Program-made: the position numbers and the translations under genes
Notes under the pieces: model-generated
What the model was told of the DNA's origin: nothing
Databases searched by the model: none
The model's input: only the letters and a program-made list of their open reading frames with translations
Part shown: piece by piece, positions 27,701 through 43,700 of the stretch
How positions within the stretch are numbered: position 1 is the first letter of the stretch
How the letters are laid out: each line of letters starts with the position of its first letter
From: the human T2T-CHM13v2.0 reference genome, Homo sapiens
DNA length: 64,000 bases
Reading direction: 5' to 3'
NCBI GenBank assembly: GCA_009914755.4
Contig: CP068257.2
Coordinates: forward strand, 39,584,001 to 39,648,000

Positions 27701-28475
27701 CCCCAGGAATGTATTCTTTCACAGTTCTAGAGGCAAGAAGTCTGAAATCAAGGTGTTGGTGGGGCCATGCATCCTCTGAGACTCCAGGTGGAGCCGTCCT
27801 TTCCTCTTCCAGCCCCTGGCCATGGTTGTCAGTCCTTTGGCATTCTTGTGACTCCGTCACTCCCATCCCTGTCTCTGCTGTTACTTGGCACCCCCCGTGT
27901 GTCTGCTTTCCGTGCATTTTCGTCTCCCTGGAAGGACGCCTGTGATACTGGATTAGAGCTCACCTCTGTGGTCCTCACCTTCACTTGATTATCTCTGTAA
28001 AGACCTTTTTTCCAAATAAGGGCACATTCACAGGTGCAGGGGTTAGGAACTTCAGCATCTCTTTTTGGAAAACACATCTCAACCCATAAAAGATGACTAT
28101 TAGCCAGCCAGGGAAAGGTGTTGAATAGGTAGAGCCCAGAGTGCATGCGCAGCCCGGGGCCGAGAGGTACACTTGGGGTTCGTCAACATGCGGATGGCAT
28201 TTAAAGCCTTGAGACTCAGTGGGGACCCCAAGGGTGTGAGTGGATGGATCCCAGAAGTGATTCCTGAGCTGAGCCCCGGGAAAGTTCAGCAGGGTGGGGA
28301 GATGAGAAGCACCTGTCCGTGAGACTAAAGTGAGGAGTCAGAGAAGGAGGAAATCAGGAAAGTGTGGGGCCCCGGGATCCAGAGTGAAGAATATTTCCAG
28401 GAAGAGGGAGCGAGACTGAGTCAGATCCTGCTGATGGGTCAGCTCAGAGACAAACACTGGTCCCAGCTAAACTGA

Positions 28476-28821
<346 letters not shown>

Positions 28822-29285
28822 GATTTTGATTTCTTTAGTCTATAGCTTTTTAAACCTGTTTTTCAACCTTTTGGGCTATATCTACGTGGTCTGTGTTTAT
28901 TTCTAAAAGAAGTGTTCATTCTGTAAACAACTGGGCATGTGTCTGGACTTGGGATAGATGCTGGGCATAAAATGATAAGTAACATACACACCTGCCCTGA
29001 GACATCGTTCACTGGGGAAGATGAGTGAAACAGTGGGATACAGGGCAACAGCCCAATAGCATTGGTCCCTAGGGGACTGCAGATTAAAACCACAGTGAAA
29101 TACCGTTCCACACCCGTTAGCATGGTTCACATTGAAAAGACCAACACCACCAAATTTGGGGGAGGATACAGAGCACATAAACCAAATGGCCCATGGACCC
29201 ATTGCTCATGGGAATATAACTTGGTGGACCCACATAGCAGACGTGTTCAGCAATTTTCTTTAAAACAGTAAAAATGTATCTAGTC

Positions 29286-29607
<322 letters not shown>

Positions 29608-30598
29608 TCACTCCTAGGTATTTACCCAAGAGAAATGAGAATATATGTCTGCAAAAAGACCTGTACAGTGTGTCCATAGCTGTCTTATTCATAGTAGCCT
29701 CAAAATGGACACAACTCAAGGGCCCGTCGAAAGCAGAGGCAAATCATGGTGTGTCCCTGCATCGTGAAGAGAAACAAAGGGCTGATGCAACATGAGGACG
29801 TCTCAAAGACAAGTTGCACTTAAGAAGCTATGCTAAGAAAACAAACACACAGAAGCCTACATCATTACATGTATAGAATGTTCAAGAACTGATGAAACCA
29901 GTCCGTGGTCACAAAAGCCAGAAAGTGGTTGCTTCTGGGGACCAGAAGGGAAAGGGGCATAAAGGAACCTTTTGAGGTGAATAGAAGTTTCTGCATCTTG
30001 GTTTGGCACACATGCCAAAACTCACCAGGTGAGCATTTAAGATCTTGCGTTTTTATTATATGCAAATTATATCTCAAATAACCTAAAAAACAATGCTTGT
30101 GACAGGTGTGCCCAGGTGCCATGCATGGAGGTGAGGGGCCACCACATGCCAGGAGGAGGCTGGGAGGCATCCTGGGGAGGGGAGGTCACGTTGGATCGGG
30201 GTTTCCAGGCGAGATTTGGAAAAGCAAGGGGAGGGTGAGCCCAGTGGAGGGCTAAACCTGGCCGAAAGCCCAGAGATAAGAAAGAGCTCAGCCTTGGTTT
30301 CAAGCACCAACGGCCTAAAAAGGAAACCCAGTTATTTAACAGAATCCATTCTCTTTTAAGGCTCAGTGTGTATCTGAGACAGGACCATTTCCCCTCTCCA
30401 GTGCAAGCTTCTTCATGGACTTTGTTCAGATTTCAATTTTATAATAGCTTTTTCTATTCTCCTCGTCAGTATACTTTTTTTTTGTTCCAACTGATAAATT
30501 ATTCTTGCTACTTAGTTTTAAAAACATTATTCAAGAGTATTGCCTTATTAAAATAACTTGATGCTTTCTATTTTTTTTTTCTCCTTAAAACATAAAAG

Positions 30599-30687
30599 CT
30601 ACAGATTCTCGTTGACACTGGAAGCAGTAACTTTGCCGTGGCAGGAACCCCGCACTCCTACATAGACACGTACTTTGACACAGAGAG
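30599..30687 (+). CDS. BACE2: BACE2 coding exon (canonical exon 2), 89 bp, phase 0 start, ends with 2 nt of an Arg codon
   Basis: Acceptor ...cataaaag|CT, donor AGAG|gtaagc. It translates to LQILVDTGSSNFAVAGTPHSYIDTYFDTE(R), identical to BACE2. It contains the first aspartic-protease active-site motif D-T-G-S (30614-30625). Confidence 0.93.
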
Positions 30688-30804
30688 GTAAGCGCTGGCC
30701 CCTTGGCTGGTGTGCTGGGCCGGGGCACTGCATGATCAACATGCTTCAAAATGCACCAGAGCATGACAGCCAGAAAGCTGTTTCATTTTAAGGGGGATAC
30801 CAAT

Positions 30805-30862
30805 ATGTATGTGTATGTATACACACATGTGGACATGTGTATGCATATGTACATGTTCATTC
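30805..30862. repeat. (TRTG/CATG)-rich low-complexity tract
   Basis: atatgtatgtgtatgtatacacacatgtggacatgtgtatgcatatgtacatg. Confidence 0.7.
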
Positions 30863-31503
30863 CATCCACAAATCCACAGCAGGAGTCTCCTCATGGCCTT
30901 CACGCATTTACATGAGATTCATTTTCTAAAAATCCAAGTCAAACACAACTCCTTTAGTTATCCCAAGTCGCAGGGAGCTTGTGGCCCTTTGGTGTTTATT
31001 GCAGCAGCTTTAGTTCTGCAGTGGAGGTGGGCTGGAGCAGGGGACGAGGTCTTGGGAGTCTGTGAGGCCACTCTGGCCGAGGGTGTGGGTTTGCTTCCTC
31101 AGCTGAAGGGATACATGGAAACCCACCTTTGCATAGTTCAGTAGGGGTTACGGTGTGGTTCATGGAAGCCATTTCTGTGGGTTGGTTTGCAACACTCATT
31201 TGGAAGAGTGAGTTTTGTGAGCACAAAGTATTAAGGGCCAAGACTGGGGCTGCACATGAGCAATTATGGGGTGGAGTTGAGAAAAAAAAGTGTAGCCTGA
31301 TGGAGGTCTCTGGAATAGAACAAGCCTTGCCCATGCAGGCTTCCGAGCAGCCCTGGGTGGGGTTGTGGGGAGGCCCCCAGCGGCTTGTGGCAGCCTTCAG
31401 CTCTGCAGGAGCCCGTGGGGTCTAGAGTCACCGCCCTCTGTGAACTGGAAGCTGCTCTAATGCTGTGCACGTTTTGATGTCACAACTATTTTTACGATTC
31501 TGA

Positions 31504-31588
31504 AATTTAAATTCAACAGACAGCCAGGTAAATTTAAATTCAACGGACAGAACAGGTAAATTTAAATTCAACGGACAGAACAGGTAAG
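31504..31588. repeat. Tandem triplication of a ~28-bp unit (AAATTTAAATTCAACGGACAGAACAGGT)
   Basis: aaatttaaattcaacagacagccaggt / aaatttaaattcaacggacagaacaggt / aaatttaaattcaacggacagaacaggt, then aagctg. Each unit ends in a 5'-splice-site-like CAG|GTAA. Confidence 0.85.
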
Positions 31589-32705
31589 CTGACATGCTGG
31601 TTTGTTTTTTAGGGTCATGAACCTTCTAGAGGCTCGGAACTGTCACATTAGGTTTCCCTACTGTAAATTCTTTTCCTGACTTCCCTTTCTCGCTTTCCTT
31701 ATCCTCAGTGTTTTGTTCCGGGAAATAAAGGCCAGCTCTAGTTGGGGACAAAAGGAGGGGGAAAGAATAACTGAAGTCTTCTGAAAATGCCAGGCAATTT
31801 AATAAAGCCAGATGATTTGCTGTGTATGAAAGAAAGCATAGAGGAAACCCTGTATATCTATGCTACCTACACCACATCCTGGGCTCCACTTTGGTGCCAT
31901 AAATGATGGGGCCTCCTGCACGTATGGCTGCAGGTGCTTGCTGGGGAGAGGGCTGTGGTGGCCAGTGCTCTATGAGGCTTCAGAAAAATATGGCTGGCCC
32001 CTCCCTCAAGGAACCTATAGCTTGGTTTATGGCTTCATGTGTTGGTAAGCTTTCTTCATTGATATTCCCGGATACAACTCCTGCCTATGATCACTATGTG
32101 CCCAGCTGTTGCTATAACCACAAACGTGTGTAGAAGTCGTGGTGGTGTTTCTCTCTGTGTGTGCAGCAGAGGTTTGGTTTACGATGGCTTATGCTGCCCC
32201 GTCCCACTCAGATCTGTGATTCATCCAAGTCCTCAGTCCCCAAACAGCCCTCACCTCCAACTGTTCACTCTGGACTGCTCATCATGGAACAGGACTTGGA
32301 GTTGGTCCAAACCCCTCATTTTGATTCCTGCGGCACAGGAGTTCAGAGAGACAGGGGACTTGCCCAAGTTCAAGCTTTGAGGCCAGCAGTCCCCAAACCT
32401 TCAGCCAACACCTGCTTTTTATAACAAGTGCTTTGTCATTCCCTGAAGTAAATGCAAAGGTCATATGACTTATCTACATACACAGCTCAAAGTGCCCTGA
32501 CGTCATATGGGGGGAATACAAGGGAAGTAATGTATAACCGGCTAATCAGTACCTCAGTACGTGAACACTCTGGCTCCGTGGTGCTGGTAGACCACGCAGT
32601 AGGCAGATGCTGGAGGTGAGTTAACATCACCATGGACATGTACACCCAGTGTAGACTGATCAAGGCAAGCTGACTTACACTCACACACCCCAAGCAGCTC
32701 AGCTT

Positions 32706-33117
32706 GCTGTCTTAGACTGTTGTGCTGCTATAAGAGAATACCCAAGGCTGGGGAGTTTATAAAGAAAAGAGGTTTATTTGGCTCATGGTTCTGCAGGCTG
32801 TACAAGAAGCATGGTGCCAGGCTCTCAGGCTGCTTCCAGTCATGGTGGAAGGTGAAGCAGAGCCAGTGTGCAGAGATCACATGGGAGAGAGGAAGCAAGG
32901 GTAGGGGAAGGACGTGCCAGACTTTTTTTCAACAATCGATCAGCCCTCCCTGGAGCTAACAGAGTGAGATCTCAGTCATTATTATGGGCAAGGCACAAAG
33001 CCATTCTTGAGAGATCCGACCTCACTACGCAAACACTTTCCACCAGGCCCCACTTCCTACACTGGGGATCAAATTTCAACATGAGAATTGGAGGGGACAG
33101 ATATCCAAACTCTATCA
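32706..33117 (+). mobile_element. Solo LTR-like interspersed repeat (MaLR/MLT1-related subfamily; uncertain)
   Basis: gctgtcttagactgttgtgctgctataagagaatacccaaggctggggagtttataaagaaaagaggtttatttggctcatggttctgcaggctgtacaagaagcatggtgccaggc...catggtggaaggtgaagcag...tcacatgggagagaggaagcaag...ccagactttttttcaacaatcgatcagccctccctggagctaacagagtgagatctcagtcattattatgggcaaggcacaaagccattcttgagagatccgacctcac...ccaccaggccccacttcctacactggggatcaaatttcaacatgagaattggaggggacagatatccaaactctatca. Confidence 0.5.
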
Positions 33118-36100
33118 GTTGCTGATGTGATTTTCCAGAATGGACAAGAATCTTAGGAAAGTTCCAAGAAAAACAGAAAGAGAATCAGCTTCCCTGGATT
33201 TCCATAGTAGCGAATATGCAATGTATACTAAACCTGTGTAGAAAAGATGGTATGCATATGTGAATGGGAGGTGCATTCTGTGCTCATATGATCCAGCAGA
33301 TTTCACCCATGTTGATGCCCAGAGCGACTTTGGAAAGTGGTGTGGGATGGGAACAATACTTCATTTTGCATGACTGCCCTTCACATTCCAGGATAACCAG
33401 CATGCTTATCAAACACACCCCCAAAGTTTCCAAAACTTCCCCTAGGGGACAGGACCTTCCCCATTGAGAACCGCTTATCTGAATAGTCCCTGATAGTCCC
33501 AGCCCTGTGTTGTTTCCACTGCTGGGCTCTAGTCTGTACGACACGTTTTCCACGTTTCCCCCTCACTGGGGCTCAGCACACAGGGGCAGAACCAACACAC
33601 GTGGAGCTTGCATTTCCTCGTTTAGCAATTCTTTCCCACTTAGAATAGGTTTTTCTCTCATCATCTGTAGATGCAAGATACAACAGAAAGAAGCAGTAAA
33701 GCACAGTAAAGTCAAGGTTAGGGTGATGTGGATGGTGACTTTCCAGATTTAAAGGGAACCATGCAAGTCAAGCCCTGTGGATGGCTACTTTTTTCATGGC
33801 AGATAAATAGCAGTTCTGTGGCAGCCGCTCATCGCCAGAGTCCATCAAGGTCAAAGTATGCTTCTCAATCCACACATCCTTTCGCTATGCAGAGGCAATT
33901 GTTGAAACCTTCAAGGGTAAATAATACTCTGCATTATCAAGACTATGTGCAATATTTCATCAACCGTAGACAACCCACCGCATCTTTCTCAGCTCCCTTC
34001 AACTGTGTTCAGTGTTTGGTTGAGCTGTGGTTCTCTTTCAGGCTACCGTGGGACACATCTCTCTTACTTACCTGCTAGCCCTGTTTTGCATTCAAGTGGC
34101 AGATGGTTCCTGTTTTCCATCCTTTGGGCTTCTCTAGTCCATATGCATTTGATGAATATGAAAACTGGGATCATCCAGAACTCATTTGATGACTAAGCCT
34201 TCCCTCCTGCTAATCTCACAAGATAATTCAGGATTTCTTGCCACCATTCTGACCACTCAAGGTTCTGATCTGTTTCTTCTTTTGTGGGTAAATAAAAAGA
34301 GAAAGAACACACCAGTGTCTGGGGAAAGCCCCTCAATGGTTGGTTTCACCCCATTGCCACTTCCACCATTCAAATTCAGTGTACCTTCCTTATTTGCGAG
34401 TACTGCAGAGACTGACTTATTACATATAACACATCACGCACCTTTTGGGTGTCTACCCTGGTACCGCCTTTCTTTTCAAGAGACCATTCTTCAACAGAAC
34501 TGTAAGGTTTCTTCTTGGCTGAATCAGATGTGACGCATCCCACTTCTGCGTTTGAGGCGAGTTCTATTCCTTCAGCTGCATCCCTGCTACCATGCTTGCT
34601 TTGCAGATTAAATTCTTAGATTGATATTAACTTGTTTCCTTTTATCTGCTTTTTACATGCTTTATTATGGTTGATATGCTTTATGATTGAAAGATATGAA
34701 TATTTTCTTTCAATGTCAATTATGTATAATTAATTTGTCTAATGCTTTCGTGTAACTTTAGAGCTGGCCTAAGTTATACTTTCAACCATTGTATTTGATG
34801 GGAGCCAAGAGACTGTCCTTTTGCCTTCTCAATTTTTGACAAAGGTTTCTTTTCTGAGCTGCAGCTCTCTGCCCTGTGATGTGTCTGTATTTGCTTGTGC
34901 TTCTGATCTCTCTTAGTTATAATAAGGTTCTGGTTGGGTTTGTCCGCCTCTGATTCACGTCCTCAGTCTTTGGATATTCAGGTCTAATGCTTCCTGAAAC
35001 ATGTTACAGTAATTGGAGATTTGGCGTGGGGTTCTTTGACAAGATCTCTTTGATTTATGGAATGAGATGTCAGGCTACCATTAGTCATTTGTGAGCTCGT
35101 CTTTATCAGAATCCATCTTTTCATGGTGGTGAATGTTCCAATGAGTTACTATAGAGCAAAAAAAGAAAAAAAGAAAAGAAAAGATCATGTATTTTTTAAA
35201 TGTACATCTTTTTTAGCCAATAAAATCTCACCTCCAGCTAGTTGGCTTGAAGAGAGATCCAGTATACTCATCCCTTGACCCTCCACGAATCTATTCAGGA
35301 GATTAAGTATATTTCCATTAAAATGTCTCCTTACTTCTGTACTATATCCGGGTTGAAGCTCACAGAGCAAGAGACCAATTTATTTTCCTCAACTAATGTT
35401 TGTAAGGGACTTCTTTAAGGAGGCTAAACTGGATACAGATCAAATGGCTTTCCATTCAATGAGGACAGATATTTTTACCTGATTATTGAGATCATTTCTC
35501 AAGCATGTCCATCATTTGCCTAGTAGAAGGGGACTTGCTGTTTTGGAGCCTGTGAGCATTTAACGTTATTGAGGATGTTGATGAACCGCCAGGCTGGGCA
35601 GGCTGAGCTGACCCTGAACCTCAGGGGGTCTCATGCATTCAGGTCTGGTGACTTCGAGAATCACAGAAGATTAAGAGGGGCATCCGGTCACCTGGGCCAG
35701 GACAGTAAGCCCACGGGTAGATTTCAGACCCTGAGAGCCCCAGGGAAGTCCTGAGCAGAATTCTTTAGGAGACTCAGCATTCCCTGGGTCGAATGGCTTA
35801 GGAGAACCAGAGCTGACCCAAGGATTGAACTCTAGAATTCTGCACATCCACCTTCTCTTTTCGTGTTCTCTGCAACCAACAGCAGGTTTCTTTTGAAATA
35901 ATAAAACGTTCTGTAGCTCTTTTCCCCTCAGTTCAATTGATTTCACTTTTTAATCCTGCATTCCCTGAGCACTCTTATCAGAGGCAGAACATCTTCTGAA
36001 TTTGGTTCAAAGTGTTTTTATTACTGTGAGCAGGCTTTTTCCTGGCCACCCACATCCCTGATTGATTGCTGTTTCTGAGCACCCAGAATGGACATTGCCA

Positions 36101-37057
36101 AGGAGAAGCCCATCCAGGTTTCTTGCTCCATGTATTTAATTATTGTGCAGAGCAATTGAGAGCCAAAGCATTTTAGTCGCAAGAGGTGGGACGTTAGAAA
36201 ATGAAGATGAAGGCATGTTTTTCATTTAAAGTGCTGGAAACTCTACGCTAATAATAACCCCTAGAGTCACTTATGAATGATTCTTCTCTGGGGTTTTACT
36301 CAGAGGTTTAGTTCAAGGAACCCAGAGAATATGAATATGAACTGAGAATTACCTTTTTTTTTTTTTTTTTAACATTATCTAGGACTGTGCTTTCTACAAG
36401 GCTAGCCACAAGTCACATGTGGCTATTTAAATTTAAATGAATGTTAAATAGAAGTTCGGTCTTTCAGTTGCACTATAATCGCATTTCAAGTGTTCATTAG
36501 TCACAAGCGGCCAGCGTATTGGGCAGGATATTTCTGTCGTCACAGGAGGTTCTGTTGGACAGCGCTGGTGCAGGGCAGAGAGGAACTCTGCCGTTTAGAC
36601 ACCGGTTGCACAAGAGCTTGAAGCGTCACCACCTCGCCTTGACCTCCTTAGCTGAGACACCCCACACACACTTGCTCCTTTCATGGGGTGGTTGGACTTT
36701 AGAATGAGACAGCTTTAGATTCAGTAAGAGTAGCTCTATAGGAGCATTTTCCAGAAAACAAACAAACAAACAAAAACATCCTGATGATATGCTTTGGGTG
36801 CAAATCTCATGTTGAAATGTGATTCCCAGTGTTGGACCTGGGGCCTCAGTGGAGGCATTTGGGTCATGGGGACAGATCCCTCATGAATGGCTTGTTGCTC
36901 TCATCAAGGTGATGAGTGAGTTCTTGCTCCGTTAGTTCACATGAGAGCTGGTTGTTTAAAGGAGCCAGGCACCTCCTCCTCTCTCTCTTGCCCCAGCTCT
37001 CACCATGTAATGTACTGTGTCCCCCTTCGCCCTCCACCTTGAGTGGAAGCTTCCTGA

Positions 37058-37476
<419 letters not shown>

Positions 37477-38007
37477 AGACTTGAATTTTCTAATAATAAC
37501 TCATAGCCTGAAAAAAGGCAGCAAATGATTAATTATAATAATAGCAGCTATTTTGTGGCATATCTCCTGTGTTCCAAGCTTTTGTTCTACATGCTTTACA
37601 ATATTAACTCTTTTAATCTGCATAATTAACTTCACGAGGGATGGTATTATATTATCACCATTTTTTAGTTGAGGAAACCGAGGCATAGAGAAATAAATAA
37701 CTTGGCCCTGGGTCACACAGCTAATAAGGGATTGAACTCATATTTGAACCCAGGCAGTATAACTCCAGCTGCCTCTGCTGTCTCTGGAAATGACACCAAA
37801 ATATCCAGAGTGCTCCCTCTGTAAGGAGACCAGCAACCTGAGCAGGAAACTAGAGAAGACATGCTAAATAGATATGCAGGCTGGTTCAGGTTCTTACTAA
37901 CACTACAAATTCTACAGAGTTTTCTATAGCCTGGACAGAGTGAAACTAAACTTTTCAAAAGGAAGTCATAGCATTTTAGACTGTTTAGGAAAGATACAAT
38001 TACTCTA

Positions 38008-38313
<306 letters not shown>

Positions 38314-38326
38314 CTACCAGACCAGG

Positions 38327-38691
38327 TAGTATGGTTTGGCTGTGACCCCACTCAAATCTCATCTTGAATTGTAGCTCCCATAATTACCATGTATTGTGGG
38401 AGGGACCCAGTGGGAGATAATTGAATCAAGGGGGCGGTTTTTCCCCATACACTGTCTTCGTGGCAGTGAATAAGTTTTACGAGATCTGATGGTTTTATAA
38501 GGGGAAATCCCTTTCACTGGCTTTCATTTCTCTCTTCCCTTCCCCATGTAAGACATGCCTTTCACCTTCCACCATGATTGTGAGGCCTCCCCAGCCACGT
38601 AGAATTGTGAGCCCATTAAACTTCTTTCTCTTTATAAATTACCCAGTCTTAGGTATGCCTTTATCACAGTGTAAAAACAGACTAATACACC
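38327..38691 (+). mobile_element. THE1-like MaLR solo LTR
   Basis: gtagtatggtttggctgtgaccccactcaaatctcatcttgaattgtagctcccataattaccatgtattgtgggagggacccagtgggagataattgaatcaagggggcggtttttcccc...cgagatctgatggttttataagggg...catgtaagacatgcctttcaccttccaccatgattgtgaggcctccccagccacgtagaattgtgagcccattaaacttctttctctttataaattacccagtcttaggtatgcctttatcacagtgtaaaaacagactaatacac. This closely follows the remembered THE1B consensus. Confidence 0.7.
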
Positions 38692-39877
38692 AGGAGTTGG
38701 CAAACTCTAGCCCATGAGCCAAATCTGACCTGCTGCCTGTTTTAGTAAATAAAGTTCTATCAGAACACAGCCATGCAGCTATGCAAGTTTACTTACACAT
38801 TGTCTGTGGCTGCTTCCACATTACGTTTGAGAGCTGAGTAGTTATCACAGAGATCCCATGGCCTACAAACCTAAAACGTCTATTATTTGTTTCTTTATGG
38901 AAAGAAATTGCCAACCTCTGTTCTAGATCCTATTCTCCAAGCATTTCAAGATAATTAGTCTTTGTATATTTCTGAACTTGAGGAATGAACCCAAATTGTC
39001 AAAATGGACTGAATAATTCAGTATTTTTATTGCTATTCAACATAAGCGTGTTCATCTCCTCCCATGTGGCAGGCACATCTGAATTTATATTGGCACTAAC
39101 ACTTGGCATTCCGCCAATCTTCAAATACCCCATTTCAAAGACCTGACTGCATGTTACCTGGGTAATTTCTGGTGGATCCCTTAGTGCTCTAAGGACCCTC
39201 TGTGGTCACTTTTCTGTTTTTGTACCTGCCCATTGTCGGGAGATCTGCGCACAGAAAACATTCACTGAATGCCTCTCTTACTTTATGATCACGGTGGAGT
39301 GAACCAAGATAGTAGGCAAATATTAAAAGCCAACCATCTTTATATTCTGTACCCCATTATGAAGTTAGAATCAGCTGTTTCCCCCAAATCCGTTTGCCAG
39401 ACCTTCGTAAAATAACATATTTCTCCTGATTATAAAAATAATGCATGCAAACATGGAGGGACCTAACCACAAGAATAGGAGTCCTCCCACCTCCAATCCT
39501 GCCACCCCAGCTGGCCACTGTTAATATTTGAGTGTAATAAATAGTTTTGAAGGAGAGTCTGTCTCATTGACGTATTTTTCTTTTAACTTTTTCTCTGCAT
39601 CATTTAAAATTTCTTAGAAAAAGAAACATTTTTCCCTTGGCACATAATAGCGCATCATATGGATATGCTGTAATTTACTGAACTGTTTCCTTGTTACTGA
39701 GCATTTGGATGGTTTCCAGCTGTTTGCTGTTATACATAAAACATCACGACCATCCTGGCACATGAACCTCTGTCTGCTTCCTGGTGTCTCCTTAGGGTCA
39801 GATTCTCAGAAGTGCAGTTACTGAATTAAAGATAGTTAACATTTTTGATGCTTATGAGATATACCAAGAATGAGTTA

Positions 39878-40178
<301 letters not shown>

Positions 40179-40215
40179 GAAATAATAAATGAATGAATGA
40201 ATGAATGAATGAACA
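40179..40215. repeat. (AATG)n tetranucleotide microsatellite (~8 units) at an Alu tail
   Basis: aaatgaatgaatgaatgaatgaatgaacaaatga. Confidence 0.9.
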
Positions 40216-41496
40216 AATGATCATGTCATCTCCAAACTTCTTTACTGACCTTAAGCAAGACTGCACTAGTTCATGTAATCCCACAACAAAGACTTATTAA
40301 CACGTGTTAATGTTCACAGACTGATTATTAAAACAGAGTGAAATCAAGCCTGCAGGTGAGCAGGATCGCTTTAGTATGATCTACTGGGTGATTTGATATT
40401 TAGCTTAGAATTGTGATTATTTTCTTAGGAGGAGCATGGTTTGAGTTCATAGACATTTGCCTAGAGATGTTTCTTAGGTTCCTTCCTATATTCCAGCAGT
40501 TTTCAAACTCAAATGGGCATAGGAATGACCTTATAGGGTGGGACTCCCCAGGGCCATGACACCTGCTGTCCTCTCTCCACAGTGCTCTACCCCTAGAGAG
40601 CCCCAGGTCTCACTGTCTTCATTCAGGTCTCATGCAAACATGGTTGGATCCAAGAGTTCTCTCCAACCACTGGGTCACTTGAGGTCCCCTTGCCTGCTTT
40701 GTTCCCTGGGTGGCTCTCGTCCCGTAACCACCATTCCCGCATTCATTATCTCTCCTCACTGCAGCATAAACTGAGGGGGCAGGACTTTCGTCTGATCTTG
40801 TGAATGTCGTTCTGCGTCAGTAGCTCTTACCTCCAGGGCCACGTGAGTGTCAGGCTCTCGGTCATGTCACAGTGATTCATGTTCTGGCATGCCATTAGCG
40901 TCACTGCCCATATTTTGGTGAGAGTATAATCACCTTTGGGGCATTGGGGGAGAACCTTGAGAAGGACCTGTGACATGAAGGACCTGGGCTTCAGCAGGTA
41001 GGGCTTGGTCATTATTTGTCACATGAGTTGTATGTGTGAACCTGAACTCCAGCTGCTGCGGGCACAGGCTGGTGGAGCCTCCCTCTGGGATGCCGGCACC
41101 TACCCGTGTCACACAGCAGCAGCACAGCAGCCCTGCAAAGCCGGAGGGCCAGGCAGGTGCCAGATTGGGTTGTGTCCTTCAAAGGGTCGTGTCCTACGGT
41201 GGCCAAACAAAGCACCTGACTTATAGGGTTTAACTTGGGTATAGTGAAAAATTAAACTCCAGCCACATGTTTACACCAGTGCGTCCCTTCCACATGACAT
41301 GGAAAACACTGTTACCAAAACATTAGCGATTATGTTTTTGGGGGAAGCTGTCACTTTGTTAACATTGATGCTGTTCATGATAAAGAATGGCTTACAGGCT
41401 TACAGTAGACTTTCTGTGTTTAGGATAGCTGCCTTGGACACGGCAACCTTATCTTCATGGTTCGGGAACATGGATACATAAGAGAATGCAAGGGGC

Positions 41497-42062
<566 letters not shown>

Positions 42063-42832
42063 GTAAGGCTAATCCATGGATTTAAGGAAATCAAATAACA
42101 GGATGAGATTCTGAAAATCAGTCATTAAAGGGCTGACACATGAGTCTTGGGCTGTTCTTGGAGACAGTGAGAACCACGTGGTGGAAACAGACCAGCATTC
42201 ACACAATTATATTTCCAAGCATTTTTTAAATTGAAGGTAAACAGCATGATTCTTGGAACCTTCCTGTAAGACAGGCAATAGCATTAACTTTTTGTTTTAT
42301 TTTCGTTTTATAGTTTAAAATGTTAACAGAATTTGAATCATGTAGATTGTGGTGTGTGTTTAGGAGTTTTTACTAAGGTGGGATTAAAAGAAAACACATT
42401 TATTAAATTCATACGTTTGCGTGAAGATGGAGCCTGCAGACGGCCCTGGAATGCAGGCAGGGGGTGGTGCCCTCCGCCAGGCTGGGACGTGGCCTGTTTT
42501 CCTGGCTCTGCAGGGGACACCTCCGAGGAGACACCCAGCATGGGAATATGGGCAGCCTGAAGGCATGCCCTGGGGAGAGCCAGCCCTTCCCAGTGGTGGT
42601 GAGCCCCAGAGGAATTGTGGAACCCTGCTCTTGCCATCACCAGAGCCTCCCCACATGGGGAAAGACAGAATTGGATGTTCACCAAATATTTGTACTTGGG
42701 GCCTACCCAAAGGAAATATGTCTGTATGCAGGAGGAGGGAGGCAGGCAGGGGAATTTCCACCTGGAGGCATTGCCAAAGGCAGGCGGGAGTAGACGCTAG
42801 GGGTGTGTGCAGGGCTCCTGGAGTCCACATGG

Positions 42833-43311
42833 GTTTGTATGTTTATTGCGGCATTATTCACAATAGCAAAGACTTGGAACCAACCCAAATGTCCAACAAT
42901 GATAGACTGGATTAAGAAAATGTGGCACCTATACACCATGGAATACTATGCAGCCATAAAAAATGATGAGTTCATGTCCTTTGTAGGGACATGGATGAAA
43001 TTGGAAATCATCATTCTCAGTAAACTATCACAAGAACAACAAACCAAACACCGCATATTCTCACTCATAGGTGGGAATTGAACAATGAGATCACATGGAC
43101 ACAGGAAGGGGAATATCACACTCTGGGGACTGTGGTGGGGTGGGGGGAGGGGGGAGGGATAGCATGGGGAGATATACCTAATGCTAGATGACGAGTTAGT
43201 GGGCGCAGCGCACCAGCATGGCACATGTATACATATGTAACTAACCTGCACAATGTGCACATGTACCCTAAAACTTAAAGTATAATTAAAAAAAAAAAAA
43301 AAAAAAAAAAA
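42833..43311 (+). mobile_element. L1 (L1PA-type) 3'-terminal ~480 bp, sense, with 25-nt poly-A
   Basis: tgtttattgcggcattattcacaatagcaaagacttggaaccaacccaaatgtccaacaatgatagactggattaagaaaatgtggcacctatacaccatggaatactatgcagccataaaaaatgatgagttcatgtcctttgtagggacatggatgaaattggaaatcatcattctcag...gtaccctaaaacttaaagtataatt, then A25. Confidence 0.9.
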
Positions 43312-43700
43312 GAACTGCAGAAGGAGACCAGCTCTCCTGGCCCTGTACCTGGGTACCACGCCCTGGCCTCACCTTGCTCAGCGTTAGGCTTGGAACCAGA
43401 GCTATGTGTGGAAGGGAACAGAAGTGATTGCTGGAGCAATAGGCCCCCACTGTCCCATGAGGATAATCTTCCCATCGTGGAAGAACATTTGTTCCAGCTC
43501 AAGTTTATGAGCAGATGGGGGTGGGGTGGGGAGGGCAAGAGGAAGTTTACAGCCCTTGGCCCCTCCAAGGAGACAGAATCACAATTACTGAGAGCCTATT
43601 AGGCCCTAGGCTGAGAAGATACAAGATAAGATGTGGGTCACTCAGTGCTCAGGACTCCCCTGTGAGGCATACTTTGTAAGGTCATATTCTCCCCATTTTC

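Noticed and set aside
33240-35300. Repeat-poor 2-kb stretch with several 80-116 aa ORFs (for example 33728..34078, 34186..34533)
   Set aside because: Translations have no recognisable domains. There are no splice or promoter signals, and the frames are short and unconserved-looking. Probably ancient diverged repeat (L1/L2) or unique intron sequence.
42946-43359. 137-aa ORF on - strand
   Set aside because: It lies entirely within the L1 3' end and poly-A at 42833-43311. Transposon-derived.
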